From positions 9,328-73,327 of the forward strand of contig JAKLDG010000001.1 in the NCBI GenBank assembly GCA_022703645.1: DNA of 64,000 nt. Direction: 5' to 3'. Source of the stretch: Patescibacteria group bacterium (lineage in GTDB: Bacteria > Patescibacteriota > JACPGU01). The notes beneath the pieces were generated by a model. That model was given only the letters and a program-made list of their open reading frames with translations, made no database searches and was not told where the DNA came from. Position numbers and translations under genes: made by a program. Shown here piece by piece: positions 27,988 to 38,194 of this stretch (within the stretch, counting starts at the first letter, position 1; each line of letters starts with the position of its first letter).

Positions 27988-29817
27988 TTATGCTACAGAA
28001 AAATCAGTAATTAATTTTTCAAATTCTTCTCTTTCGATCGTTTCTTTTTCCATTAGAACATCAGCGATTTTACTCAAAAGATCCTTGGATTTTGTGAGAA
28101 CTTCATGAGCTTTTGCTTCAGCCTTGGTTATAATAACCGCCACTTCATCATCGATAACTTGGGCGGTTTTTTCGCTATAATTTTTGCTTTCCGCAAGATC
28201 GCGTCCAAGGAAAACCATCTCATCTTTTCCATGAAAACTCATTGCGCCGATTTTTTCACTCATACCAAATTCTGTTACCATCTTGCGGGCAATTTTGCTG
28301 GCTTGCTGTAAGTCATTTTGCGCACCGGTGGTTAATTCACCAAATATCATCAGTTCCGCCTCGCGTCCGGATAGCAGTATCGCAATCTCGTCTTCAAAAT
28401 GAGATTTACTATACAATAATTTATCTTGTTCCGGCATATTCCATGTATAACCCAATGCGCGACCGCGGGAAATTATTGAAATTTTATGTACTGGATCGCC
28501 ATTCGGTAAGATATGAGAAACAAGAGCATGACCAGCTTCATGGTAGGCTGTAATTTTTTTCTCATCTTCATGAATGACCCTCGTTTTTCTTTCCGGTCCC
28601 AAAACTACTCGCTCAACCGCGTCGTTTAATTCCGTCATGCTGATTGCTTTTTTACTATTGCGGGCAGCCAGAATTGCAGATTCATTCAGAACATTTTTCA
28701 GATCTGCTCCGGAAAATCCCGGTGTTTTTTGCGCAATGACATTGAGATTTACTTCTTCAGTAAAAGGTTTTCCTTTCGCGTGTACTTGCAGGATTGCTTC
28801 GCGTTCTTTGATATCCGGCAGGTCGATCAAAACTCTGCGGTCAAATCTTCCTGGTCGCAGTAATGCTGGGTCCAAAACATCAGGACGGTTTGTTGCTGCC
28901 ATTACAATCACTCCCGTATCAGTATCAAATCCATCAAGCTCAACTAATATTTGATTGAGAGTCTGTTCGCGTTCATCATGAGAGCCTCCAAGCCCCGCGC
29001 CTCTTTGGCGTCCGACTGCATCTATTTCATCAATAAATATAATGCAAGGCGCGTTTCTTTTCGCTTTCGCAAATAGGTCGCGCACACGAGATGCTCCGAC
29101 ACCAACAAACATTTCTACAAATTCAGATCCTGAAATAGAAAAAAATGGTACCCCTGCTTCGCCGGCAACAGCCTTTGCAAGCAGTGTTTTACCCGTTCCC
29201 GGAGGTCCAATAAGTAGAACTCCTTTCGGAATTTCAGCTCCCAATTCTCTGTATTTCGCTGGACTTTGCAGAAAATCTACTACCTCGATCAGATCCTTTT
29301 TTGACTCTTCACTTCCAGCTACATCAGCAAATTTAATATTTGCGTTGCTTGCATTCATACGCGCGCGAGATTTACCAAAACTCATTGCTTGATTATTTGC
29401 TCCTTGAGCTTGGCGCAGCATAAACCATAGGAGTCCTCCCATCAGAAGCACCGGCAAGATGAAAGATAAAACTTCTACCCAAGGAGAAGATTTTGGCGTG
29501 TCTTTAATATCGATTTTTACCTTATCCGGTGTGATGCCATATTGCGTTAGAGAGATGTCAGCTTCTTTGAAAGCAAATTCATTTTTATTTCCATTTACTG
29601 CTTCTTTGAGTGTAATATCCAATCGGGTTCCATTAACCGAAACACTTTCAACCTGACCGTTTTTCACCTGTTCAACGACTTGAGAAATATTTACTTCATT
29701 CGTCTTAGTAGTAGCTTCCTGAGCTTCATTAGAATAAATGAAACTACCGCCAATTATGACTATAATTAGTATCAAAAACCAATTGTTTTTTAGGAAATTC
29801 ATAAGCCCTTTTTTCAT
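27988..29817 (-). CDS. ftsH: ATP-dependent zinc metalloprotease FtsH
   Basis: 609 aa. N-terminal TM helices; AAA motifs GPPGTGKT and DEIDA; zinc-binding HEAGHA; C-terminal protease domain. Confidence 0.95.
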   Translation of the reverse strand: MKKGLMNFLKNNWFLILIIVIIGGSFIYSNEAQEATTKTNEVNISQVVEQVKNGQVESVSVNGTRLDITLKEAVNGNKNEFAFKEADISLTQYGITPDKVKIDIKDTPKSSPWVEVLSFILPVLLMGGLLWFMLRQAQGANNQAMSFGKSRARMNASNANIKFADVAGSEESKKDLIEVVDFLQSPAKYRELGAEIPKGVLLIGPPGTGKTLLAKAVAGEAGVPFFSISGSEFVEMFVGVGASRVRDLFAKAKRNAPCIIFIDEIDAVGRQRGAGLGGSHDEREQTLNQILVELDGFDTDTGVIVMAATNRPDVLDPALLRPGRFDRRVLIDLPDIKEREAILQVHAKGKPFTEEVNLNVIAQKTPGFSGADLKNVLNESAILAARNSKKAISMTELNDAVERVVLGPERKTRVIHEDEKKITAYHEAGHALVSHILPNGDPVHKISIISRGRALGYTWNMPEQDKLLYSKSHFEDEIAILLSGREAELMIFGELTTGAQNDLQQASKIARKMVTEFGMSEKIGAMSFHGKDEMVFLGRDLAESKNYSEKTAQVIDDEVAVIITKAEAKAHEVLTKSKDLLSKIADVLMEKETIEREEFEKLITDFSVA

Positions 29818-29880
29818 AGAGCTTCATTATATTATGAAAAAATGGCTTTGTCAACAGTAGAAAGGGGTTTGAGAAAGTTT

Positions 29881-30759
29881 TTACTTCTTTTTGTTTTTAG
29901 CTTTGATCTTATTCATTTTCAAAATCGTATAGAGACCGCACCAGCCGCTTGCTGCTGCATAAAAAGCAAGTGTCGAGATCGCAAAAAGTATATAGCTCCA
30001 ATAGTTAATCGCCAATACCAGAAATACCAGTCCCAAAACCAATCTTAGTAGTCGGTCGAGACGGTTCATATTATTTTCGAAATGGTATTTTTTGAAAATC
30101 TTTTTCAGAATCCAGCGGATCAACTTCCAGATTAGAAAGCTTAATAATATCAGAATAGCAAGTTCGACTACCAGCAATATTCCGAGCCTTGAAGTTATGA
30201 GAGTAAGTGGGGATACTTCGAAAAAATTAATCTTTAAATTTGGCAGTATTGTTAGCATCATCAGCAATGAATTAACCCCAAATGCCTCTTTCTTACCAAC
30301 TGCCAAAACATATCTTCCGAGGTTGATATCGCTATAGACTTCGATCTCATATTGACCCGCAGGAACATCTTGTTCAAATTCTGATCCTTGGTAGTAATCA
30401 TCATTTGCAAATTCTTCATGAAAAAGCGTCCATTTTTTATCGAATGGTCGTATATTGATTAGCTGTTTTTTTTCAGTTTCTAAAATTTGATAAACTTTTG
30501 CGCCGTAACGTTCGTATGGATTGGAACTTTTTGGAACCAATAGGTTCACATATAGCGTAAAAGGAGCATCCGAATCGATAGTATAAAACTGTGATTTACC
30601 CGATAGTACTTCATAAAAAGCTTGAGAAACTTCAGGGTTGTTAATAACAATTGGATTTTGGTTTTCGATCATTCGTGGTTGGTGAGCAGAAACGGATGCG
30701 GCAAGAAAACAAGAAAGCAAGAAAACAAAAAAACAAAAGGGAATTTTCATTTTGCGCAT
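29881..30759 (-). CDS. Secreted-domain protein fused to a C-terminal DUF2892 (YgaP-like, GWCxxY motif) membrane domain
   Basis: Signal peptide. C-terminal LDRLLRLVLGLV...AAASGWCGLYTIL matches the DUF2892 signature. Confidence 0.5.
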   Translation of the reverse strand: MRKMKIPFCFFVFLLSCFLAASVSAHQPRMIENQNPIVINNPEVSQAFYEVLSGKSQFYTIDSDAPFTLYVNLLVPKSSNPYERYGAKVYQILETEKKQLINIRPFDKKWTLFHEEFANDDYYQGSEFEQDVPAGQYEIEVYSDINLGRYVLAVGKKEAFGVNSLLMMLTILPNLKINFFEVSPLTLITSRLGILLVVELAILILLSFLIWKLIRWILKKIFKKYHFENNMNRLDRLLRLVLGLVFLVLAINYWSYILFAISTLAFYAAASGWCGLYTILKMNKIKAKNKKK

Positions 30760-30979
30760 ATTTTTTAGTTAGTTTTCATTTTATTTATTATACCAGCAAA
30801 AGTTTTTATTGAAAAAACATTTTTTTTCTGGTATGATTTTGAGGTGAAATAATAAAACGAAAAAATTTATACCGAAATATACAGTAGAATTTTTTCGTAA
30901 GAGGAGCAGTTGCAGAGTGCTTGGAAGAAAAACTTGAACCTTTGAGTTTTTATGGAAAGCACGGCGCATGCTGCGACGA

Positions 30980-31066
30980 GGAGGGGTGCCAGAGCGGTTG
31001 AATGGACTTGTCTTGAAAACAAGCAGGGACGCAAGTCTCTCGCGAGTTCGAATCTCGCCCCCTCCG
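30980..31066 (+). tRNA. tRNA-Ser (anticodon TGA)
   Basis: Manual fold: acceptor GGAGGGG/CCCCTCC, 3-bp D-stem CCA/TGG, anticodon stem CTTGT/ACAAG with loop CTTGAAA, long variable arm, T-arm GCGAG-TTCGAAT-CTCGC, discriminator G. Confidence 0.85.
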
Positions 31067-31110
31067 TTGTAACAAAAAAATAACTCATCAGAGTTGTTTT
31101 TTTGTTACCA
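31067..31110. terminator. Hairpin GTAACAAAAAAA-loop-TTTTTTTGTTAC immediately after tRNA-Ser
   Basis: Perfect 12-bp palindromic arms. Confidence 0.45.
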
Positions 31111-31196
31111 TATAGGAGAGATTCGAAGGGCGCGAGTAGAATCCGACCAAAGAAGGATTCTGTGTGTAGCGCCCAGACTCCGAATCGGAGTGAGGA

Positions 31197-31216
31197 GGAA
31201 TCTCGCCCCCTCCGTT
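31197..31216 (+). repeat. Direct repeat of the tRNA-Ser 3' end (GAATCTCGCCCCCTCCGTT), att-site-like
   Basis: 19 nt identical to 31050-31068 (T-loop / acceptor 3' half plus 2 nt), 130 bp downstream of the tRNA. Confidence 0.6.
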
Positions 31217-31313
31217 TAAATAAAAAATAGCTATTTATAGCTATTTTTTATTGACAAATGAAATATTTTGGAGTATCATTTATTTATTAAAATTTTTGAG
31301 AGGAGAGAAAGAA

Positions 31314-31820
31314 ATGATACCATATGTGGCTTGTCTGATGCCTCAAGAAGAAATATTGCTGTTTAACAAAATTAAAATGACGATTGAGATGCTGCCCCAT
31401 ATTGATCTGGGCGTGGATGAAGAAGGAAATGAAATTGTCCTTTCCTGCCATATCTTGGCGCGTGCGGTAGCGAAAGCTTTCAAACTAAAAGTGCAGGACG
31501 GCAGTTTTCTGGTAATTTATTCTTTAAAAAAGGTAAAAAGACTCGAGGACATTGATGCTATGTGCGATAGCACCAGTCATAGCTGGCTACTTACCGCTAC
31601 CGGGAATATTATAGACGTTTATCCTGTAGGGATACTCGGTGGACCGATTCTGATAAGCGGGTATGATCGCTCTCCGGCCAAGAAGCTCTATGTCCCAAGA
31701 TCGTCGTCATTTGTTTCAGCGGGAAGTTTTTCAAAGCCATCTTTCAAAAGATCGGTGAGACGTGTGACGCGTCAGATTGCAGTAGTTAAAAAAATATTTG
31801 ATAATTCATTTTTAAAATGA
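31314..31820 (+). CDS. Hypothetical protein
   Basis: Strong RBS GAGAGGAGAG before the ATG at 31314. No family recognised. Confidence 0.4.
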   Translation: MIPYVACLMPQEEILLFNKIKMTIEMLPHIDLGVDEEGNEIVLSCHILARAVAKAFKLKVQDGSFLVIYSLKKVKRLEDIDAMCDSTSHSWLLTATGNIIDVYPVGILGGPILISGYDRSPAKKLYVPRSSSFVSAGSFSKPSFKRSVRRVTRQIAVVKKIFDNSFLK

Positions 31821-31883
31821 TTCAAACAAATTCCGTTCCAAAACATGGAGCGGATTTTTTATTTTTTGTGATATAATACCTCT

Positions 31884-32315
31884 ATGTCAAAATACCAATT
31901 ATTCCGAATCGTTGTCGGCGCAGTAATTCATGATGATGAAGGCAGATTTTTGGTTGCCCAAAGACACGCGAAAGACGATAACCAACCAGGTGTCTGGGCG
32001 ATTCCAGCCGGACATGTTGAAACAGAAGAAGGAAGTATTGATGTTCTCGAAGAAAATCTAAGAAGAGAAGTTATGGAAGAGATAGGGGTAGAAATTAATA
32101 TTGAGAGCCTTTTGGATACTCATAGTTGGGTGGATCCGGAATATAAGAAAATCACCGTTATTTTTCTCTGTACGATTCGCTCTGGTGAACCAAAAGCGCT
32201 CAGTGAAACGGCTGACGTTGCATGGCTAACAGTTGAAGAAGTTGCAAAATTAAAAACCGCTCCACATATTTTGCGACTGATAGAAAAAGCCGATAAAACT
32301 TTAAAAAATAAATAG
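31884..32315 (+). CDS. NUDIX hydrolase
   Basis: 143 aa. Nudix box GHVETEEGSIDVLEENLRREVMEEIGV (GX5EX7REUXEEXGU). Confidence 0.75.
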   Translation: MSKYQLFRIVVGAVIHDDEGRFLVAQRHAKDDNQPGVWAIPAGHVETEEGSIDVLEENLRREVMEEIGVEINIESLLDTHSWVDPEYKKITVIFLCTIRSGEPKALSETADVAWLTVEEVAKLKTAPHILRLIEKADKTLKNK

Positions 32316-32392
32316 CTCGAAAAGGGTTATTTTTTATTTATACCTATTTCCTAGAAATTATGTATAATATATTTAATTACTAACATAAGATT

Positions 32393-34216
32393 TTGGAGGC
32401 AAATTTGAAAAACAAGATTTTGAAAATTTTGGGGATTATTATTGGAGGCTTTGTTTTGTTAACTGTTATTCTTTCTATTATTGGACTTATTTTTGGCGGC
32501 GGTTTACCGCCTTCCTCTGGAACAATTATTGTTAAAACTGGAACAGATGATCCAGCCCGAGTTGTTGATATCCAACAGAAATTAGTAACTCTTTTTGTTG
32601 ACTACCGCAATGCCCAAATCAATACCAATGCTCTGCTCATGATCGATCCGGAGCAAACTACACCTGAAAAATATAATGAATTTGCAATGAATGTTGTAGG
32701 TCATTGGATGGCAGTAGAAAATGATGCCAATGAGCTTTTGCCACCCGAGGAGGCCTACCTAAGATTTTTTGGAATTGATAAAGTCCTGGCGGCTACCTCC
32801 AGTGAAATGGTTCCTGTGAATATTCCTTTTAAATCAAGTGATTACAAAAGCGTCGATCTTTCCGATCATAAACTTTCAAAAAACGTCAGTGCTCCAGATA
32901 ATTCAGAAGTAAAAATTGTGCCAACCAACTGGGATAATGTGAAAGCTCTTCAAGCCGTGGTACCGGACAAGAGCACACTTTCTGCAGTTAAAGATGTTTT
33001 TGGCACTACGGCGCGCGATGCTCAAAAAATACTTGAAGACCATAATAATTCGATTGTGAATGTATATAATAACAAAGCCGAATTCTACAAAAAGGCTTCG
33101 ACAACTGCGCTCGCAATAAATCAAGCTTCCAAAGTAGGACTTTTTATCGGCGGAACAATTATCACAGCTGGAGGCGCTGCCGTAGTCGGAGCTCCTCTTG
33201 GCACTGCATTGGCAACAGGTTGCGGTGCAAATGTCAGCGCATTAGGCGGGACAGTAATTGTCGCGAATGGTGTAGGGGTGGTTTTGGAACTTGGCAAAAA
33301 TAGTGCCACTCTTGGTTTTGCTACCGAAAAAACTGCAGCTGTTTTTTCTTCCGCCTCTGATGCCTATCAGCCGGTATCAAATATCTTAGCCATTACGGGG
33401 CTCAATAGTGGCATGCAAGACCCGGGCAATCTTTATTCCATCTATGATTTTTCGGCTCAAGGTTATGACCTAGTTAATGCGATTTTGTCTCAGGATGGAA
33501 AAACAATTTTAATTAGAACCAATCAAGGTCCTCCGACGTTTGAAGCACCAAGTCTAAGCGGGCTGTTTCAAAACGCATTTCCATCAGATTTCCAATATCG
33601 CATTCCGGATGTACAAAATGTGCCTGCGATAAATTACCAACCGCCTGCCGCCAATTCAGTTTTACCCCCGGAATCATTTTCGGCCGGATTAGGTTCATGG
33701 TATGAAGAAGTTTGGTTTAAAAAAGCGAGTTCGGGCGGCGAAGTAACTACTTCTGATAAAGGCGCTACTTTTTTTGGAAAAGGAAACTCTAGAAGCGGGA
33801 TCATGTTAGATATCAATAAAGATGTCAGTAATTATAAGAGCTTGGTTCTCAAAGCTTCGATTATAGTAGAAAATCAAGAACTCTCCGGTACTGGCTGGCA
33901 GGGTAGAGAAGCTCCTGTGGCCGTAGCTGTTAGTTATCAAGATGTTGATGGCGTGGAACATAATCAATTAGGTATTCATGACTCCGAGCCGAATCAGATG
34001 TTCTGGCGCGGTTTCTATTACCTTGATCCAAATGACGGTCAAGCGGTTACTGAACGCGGCATAAAAGTTACCCGCAATCAGCCATATAACTATAGTTTTG
34101 ATTTGACAAAACTTGACCCAAAACCAAAGACAATTCATTTCATTGCAATCGAAGGTGCGGGATGGGGAGGCAGGCGCGCTAGTGTCAGTGAAATCAGTAT
34201 TACCGGAGGAGAATAA
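32393..34216 (+). CDS. Hypothetical membrane-anchored extracytoplasmic protein (607 aa)
   Basis: N-terminal TM helix, a central Gly/Ala-rich hydrophobic segment and a large C-terminal domain. No family recognised. Confidence 0.45.
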   Translation: MEANLKNKILKILGIIIGGFVLLTVILSIIGLIFGGGLPPSSGTIIVKTGTDDPARVVDIQQKLVTLFVDYRNAQINTNALLMIDPEQTTPEKYNEFAMNVVGHWMAVENDANELLPPEEAYLRFFGIDKVLAATSSEMVPVNIPFKSSDYKSVDLSDHKLSKNVSAPDNSEVKIVPTNWDNVKALQAVVPDKSTLSAVKDVFGTTARDAQKILEDHNNSIVNVYNNKAEFYKKASTTALAINQASKVGLFIGGTIITAGGAAVVGAPLGTALATGCGANVSALGGTVIVANGVGVVLELGKNSATLGFATEKTAAVFSSASDAYQPVSNILAITGLNSGMQDPGNLYSIYDFSAQGYDLVNAILSQDGKTILIRTNQGPPTFEAPSLSGLFQNAFPSDFQYRIPDVQNVPAINYQPPAANSVLPPESFSAGLGSWYEEVWFKKASSGGEVTTSDKGATFFGKGNSRSGIMLDINKDVSNYKSLVLKASIIVENQELSGTGWQGREAPVAVAVSYQDVDGVEHNQLGIHDSEPNQMFWRGFYYLDPNDGQAVTERGIKVTRNQPYNYSFDLTKLDPKPKTIHFIAIEGAGWGGRRASVSEISITGGE

Positions 34217-34320
34217 ACATATGATACATTTTGAAATTGATGGCGTAAAATTCAATTACCGTGTTGCGAGGGTAATTCTTAACATCTGTAAATATAGTTT
34301 CTAAATTAGCAAGGGATTTA

Positions 34321-34356
34321 AAAAAAGACGACTACATAGTCGTCTTTTCGCTTTTA
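34321..34356 (+). terminator. Rho-independent terminator (AAGACGACTA-CA-TAGTCGTCTT plus T-run)
   Basis: Perfect 10-bp stem followed by TTCGCTTTT. Confidence 0.6.
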
Positions 34357-34386
34357 TATCTGGTTATTTTATGCTAAAATTAGTTT

Positions 34387-35592
34387 ATGAATAATAACCT
34401 CTCTCCTCTTGCTGACCGTATGCGGCCCTCAAAACTTGAGGATTTTTTTGGTCAGGAAGAAGTTATTGGTGAAGGAAAACTTTTGCGCCGTGCAATTGAA
34501 TCGGATCAGATTCCCTCGATGATTTTTTGGGGTCCTCCCGGAACTGGTAAAACCACCCTCGCTTATATTATTGCTAATAGTACGAAGAGTGATTTTCAAA
34601 AACTTAGCGCTACCTCGTCAGGAGTAAAAGAACTGCATGAAATTCTTGAGATAGCAGCTCAAAATAAAAGATTAGGAACGCGCACTATACTTTTCATCGA
34701 TGAAATCCATCGCTGGAACAAAAAACAGCAGGATTCACTGCTTCCTTATGTTGAGAATGGCACGATCACTTTGATTGGAGCAACAACTGAGAATCCTTCC
34801 TTCGAAGTGATTTCGGCGCTTCTTTCACGCTGCAGAGTTTTTGTTTTAAAACAATTGACGAGCGAACAATTAGTCAAAATTATCAATCAAACCCTAAAAG
34901 ATAAGAAAAATGGACTGGGACTTTTAAAACTTAAAATGAGCAAGGAAACAATTGAACTGCTGGCTCAAATGAGCAACGGTGATGCGCGAACCGCGCTCAA
35001 TGTTCTGGAATATGGGGCATCACTTTCCAAAAACATAACGTCAGAAATTATCAAAGAAAGTTTTCAGAAATCGCACCTGCTTTACGATAAAAATGGCGAA
35101 GAACACTACAACATAATTTCGGCGCTGCATAAATCAATGCGGGGGAGCGATGCAAATGCGTCTCTCTACTGGTTAGCCAGAATGCTTGAAGCAGGAGAGG
35201 ACCCACTTTATGTCGCAAGACGTATCGTACGTTTTGCATCGGAGGATATAGGATTAGCTAATTCACTCGCGCTTCCTCAAGCGGTTGCGGCCTATCAGGC
35301 ATGTTATTTCATTGGTATGCCGGAATGTAATGTTATTCTTGCGCAAGCGGTGGTATATATGGCAAAATGCAAGAAGAGCAATGAATTGTATACAGGCTAT
35401 CTCCAAGCGAAAAGTGATGTCGAAAAGCTTGGCAATCTTCCTGTTCCGCTGCATATCCGTAATGCCCCAACGAAACTAATGAAAGATCTCGGGTATGGGA
35501 AAGATTACAAATATTCTCCAGAACATGGTTATAAAGAAAAACAGGAATATCTTCCTGAAAAATTGAAAAATAGGAAATATATTAAGGATTAG
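34387..35592 (+). CDS. rarA: Replication-associated recombination protein A (AAA ATPase RarA/MgsA)
   Basis: 401 aa. Walker [11 protein letters not shown] and Walker B IDEIHR; RarA-type C-terminal helical domain. Confidence 0.85.
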   Translation: MNNNLSPLADRMRPSKLEDFFGQEEVIGEGKLLRRAIESDQIPSMIFWGPPGTGKTTLAYIIANSTKSDFQKLSATSSGVKELHEILEIAAQNKRLGTRTILFIDEIHRWNKKQQDSLLPYVENGTITLIGATTENPSFEVISALLSRCRVFVLKQLTSEQLVKIINQTLKDKKNGLGLLKLKMSKETIELLAQMSNGDARTALNVLEYGASLSKNITSEIIKESFQKSHLLYDKNGEEHYNIISALHKSMRGSDANASLYWLARMLEAGEDPLYVARRIVRFASEDIGLANSLALPQAVAAYQACYFIGMPECNVILAQAVVYMAKCKKSNELYTGYLQAKSDVEKLGNLPVPLHIRNAPTKLMKDLGYGKDYKYSPEHGYKEKQEYLPEKLKNRKYIKD

Positions 35593-35678
35593 GTTCAAAA
35601 TTCGTATTTTACGGAAGAAGGATATGACATCGATGAAGTCGAGGAGGTTTTGAAAAAAAATGGGATCTTGGAATAAAA

Positions 35679-38150
35679 ATGCAGAATATAAAAATAAAAA
35701 CAAAAAAACATAAAGGTCTATCTTCTGCCGAAGCTTCTATAAGGCTGAAGAAATTTGGTTCCAATTCTCTGGAAAGAAAAAAGAAGGGGCCACTACTTGC
35801 TTTTTTCAAAAAATTTACCAGTCCCCTAATTATCGTTTTAATTGTAGTTACAACAATCTCTATTTTTATTGGTGAAAAAACTAACGCGTACCTCATACTA
35901 CCGATGATTCTGGTCTCAGTCATTCTAGATTTTTACAATACTTACAAATCGGAAAGAGCGTTAAAGAAATTATTGGCAAAGATTGCGATTACAGCAACCG
36001 TTATTCGAGACGGTGTTAAAAAGGAAGTTGATTTTAAATCAATCGTTCCGGGGGACATAGTGTACCTCACTGCTGGCGATATAATTCCCGCTGATTGCAA
36101 AGTTATCGAATCAAAAGATTTTTATGTAAATCAATCGGTGCTAACCGGCGAATCTAATCCTGTCCAAAAGAAAGTTTCAGCAAATATTAGCAAAAAAAAT
36201 CCAAATAGCTTGAATTATATTTTTATGGGTACTAGTGTAGTTAGCGGATACGCTACTGTTGTTGCAGAAGGGACCGGGTTTGATTCTGAATTTGGTAAAA
36301 TTGCTCAGAGTATTTCTGGATCTGAAGTTAAAACCCATTTTGAAAAACAGCTTGATAAATATTCCTTGATGATCGTGAAACTAACGATTGGGATGGTATT
36401 GGTTGTTTTTTTGGTGAACTCATTGATAGGTCATGGCGCAATTAATTCTTTTCTTTTCGCATTGGCTATAGCTATCAGTATCACTCCGGAGCTGCTACCT
36501 GTGATTATTACTGTTTCTTTGAGTCGCGGTTCGGTAAGAATGGCGAAGAAAGATGTGATTACTCGCCATCTTACAGCTATTCAAAATTTTGGCAGCATGG
36601 ATGTTTTATGTACCGATAAGACCGGAACTTTGACTGAAGGCAAGGTTTCTCTTGTTAAACACCTTGATATTTTTGGGAAAAATAATGAAAAAGTCTATCT
36701 GTACTCATATCTGAATAGCTTTTTTAATACGGGAGTCGAAAATCCCTTGAATAAAGCGATAGTCGAGCACGCAAAAATGAATCTGGATGTTGAAGGATTC
36801 AAAAAAATTGATGAAATTCCTTTCGATTTCCGTCGCAAGAGAGAATCGGTTATTGTGCAAAAAGGAAATGAGAAAATGATTATTACAAAAGGGGCTCCGG
36901 AAGAGATTTTCAAGATTTGCGCATATTACAAAATCGGAAAAAGAAAGTTAAAAATTACTGACGAGATCAGGAAAAAGATGTTTGGGCAATTTAATAGTTT
37001 TAGCAAGCAAGGATTCAAAGTTTTAGCACTCGCGATTAATGAAGATAGGAACTTGAAAGAAGAAAAAATGATTTTATTTGGGTTTGCTTTATTTCTCGAT
37101 CCGCCAAAAGAAACCGCGAAAAAAACATTAAAAGATCTAAAGAGTCTTGGGATTGAAGTAAAAATTATTACCGGAGATAACGAACTTCTTACTCAAAAGA
37201 TTTGTTCTGATATAAACTTGAATATAAAAGGGGTTGTTAATGGTGAATTAGTAAAGAAAATGACAGACCAAGAACTGAGAAGAGCATTGAAACATACCAC
37301 CATTTTTGCCAGAGTCACGCCTGATCAAAAAGAAAGAATTATTACAAATCTAAAATCGATAGGTTATGTCGTTGGGTATCTTGGAGACGGTATTAATGAC
37401 GCTCCAGCTTTGAAAAACGCCGATGTGGGGATAACAGTAAATAATGCCGTTGATGTGGCAAAAGAGACGGCCGATATAGTCTTACTGCGAAAGAGCCTCT
37501 CCGCAATTCGCGATGGTGTTATCGAAGGCCGCAAAACTTATCGCAATACCTTGAAATATATTCTGATGGGCTTATCATCAGATTTTGGCAATATGCTTTC
37601 TATGGTAGGTGCTTCGTTCCTTTTGCCTTTTCTGCCAATGCTTCCAACGCAGGTGATATTAAATGATCTTATTTATGATTTTTCCCAGTTATCAATACCA
37701 GCGGATAATGTTGATAAAGAGGAAACGCAGAAACCTGCAAGGTGGAATTTCAGTTTTATTAAACGTTACATGTTAGTATTTGGATTGATAAATGCCGCTT
37801 TTGATTTTATCACTTATGGATTGTTGTTCTTTGTTTTCCACTCTTCACAAAATCAATTTCAAACAGGTTGGTTTCTTGAATCAATTACAGCCCAGATATT
37901 AGTTGTTTATATAATACGTACGAAGAAGATTCCGATTTTGCAAAGCCGCCCGAGCTTGGCTTTTACAATCAATACATTGCTTGCGGTTCTCATCGCTTGG
38001 GTAACGCCATTTATTGTACTGGGCAAGGTGTTTGGGTTTATGCCAGTTCCACCGATTATTATTGCAGTATTAGCAGCGCATGTTATAATTTCTCTTTTAT
38101 TGATACAATATGTAAAGAAATGGTTTTATAATAGATATCAAGACATCTAA
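35679..38150 (+). CDS. mgtA: Magnesium-translocating P-type ATPase (MgtA-like, P3B)
   Basis: 823 aa. Phosphorylation site CTDKTGTLT and hinge GDGINDAPAL. TM4 TPELLP resembles the MgtA PEMLP motif. The precise start is uncertain. Confidence 0.65.
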   Translation: MQNIKIKTKKHKGLSSAEASIRLKKFGSNSLERKKKGPLLAFFKKFTSPLIIVLIVVTTISIFIGEKTNAYLILPMILVSVILDFYNTYKSERALKKLLAKIAITATVIRDGVKKEVDFKSIVPGDIVYLTAGDIIPADCKVIESKDFYVNQSVLTGESNPVQKKVSANISKKNPNSLNYIFMGTSVVSGYATVVAEGTGFDSEFGKIAQSISGSEVKTHFEKQLDKYSLMIVKLTIGMVLVVFLVNSLIGHGAINSFLFALAIAISITPELLPVIITVSLSRGSVRMAKKDVITRHLTAIQNFGSMDVLCTDKTGTLTEGKVSLVKHLDIFGKNNEKVYLYSYLNSFFNTGVENPLNKAIVEHAKMNLDVEGFKKIDEIPFDFRRKRESVIVQKGNEKMIITKGAPEEIFKICAYYKIGKRKLKITDEIRKKMFGQFNSFSKQGFKVLALAINEDRNLKEEKMILFGFALFLDPPKETAKKTLKDLKSLGIEVKIITGDNELLTQKICSDINLNIKGVVNGELVKKMTDQELRRALKHTTIFARVTPDQKERIITNLKSIGYVVGYLGDGINDAPALKNADVGITVNNAVDVAKETADIVLLRKSLSAIRDGVIEGRKTYRNTLKYILMGLSSDFGNMLSMVGASFLLPFLPMLPTQVILNDLIYDFSQLSIPADNVDKEETQKPARWNFSFIKRYMLVFGLINAAFDFITYGLLFFVFHSSQNQFQTGWFLESITAQILVVYIIRTKKIPILQSRPSLAFTINTLLAVLIAWVTPFIVLGKVFGFMPVPPIIIAVLAAHVIISLLLIQYVKKWFYNRYQDI

Positions 38151-38194
38151 GGATAAAATTAAATATTAAATATCAAAAATTAAAAATAAATGAA

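Noticed and set aside
28105-29656. Five ORFs of 65-126 aa antisense to ftsH
   Set aside because: Located entirely inside the strongly supported ftsH CDS, with no independent signals. Typical antisense artefacts.
35625-35730. Tiny upstream ORFs (MTSMKSRRF and an overlapping 17-aa frame) in front of the P-type ATPase, by analogy with the mgtA leader peptide MgtL
   Set aside because: The ORFs are not Pro-rich and the spacing to the SD is poor. The region is better read as start-codon ambiguity of the ATPase gene than as a leader-peptide attenuator.
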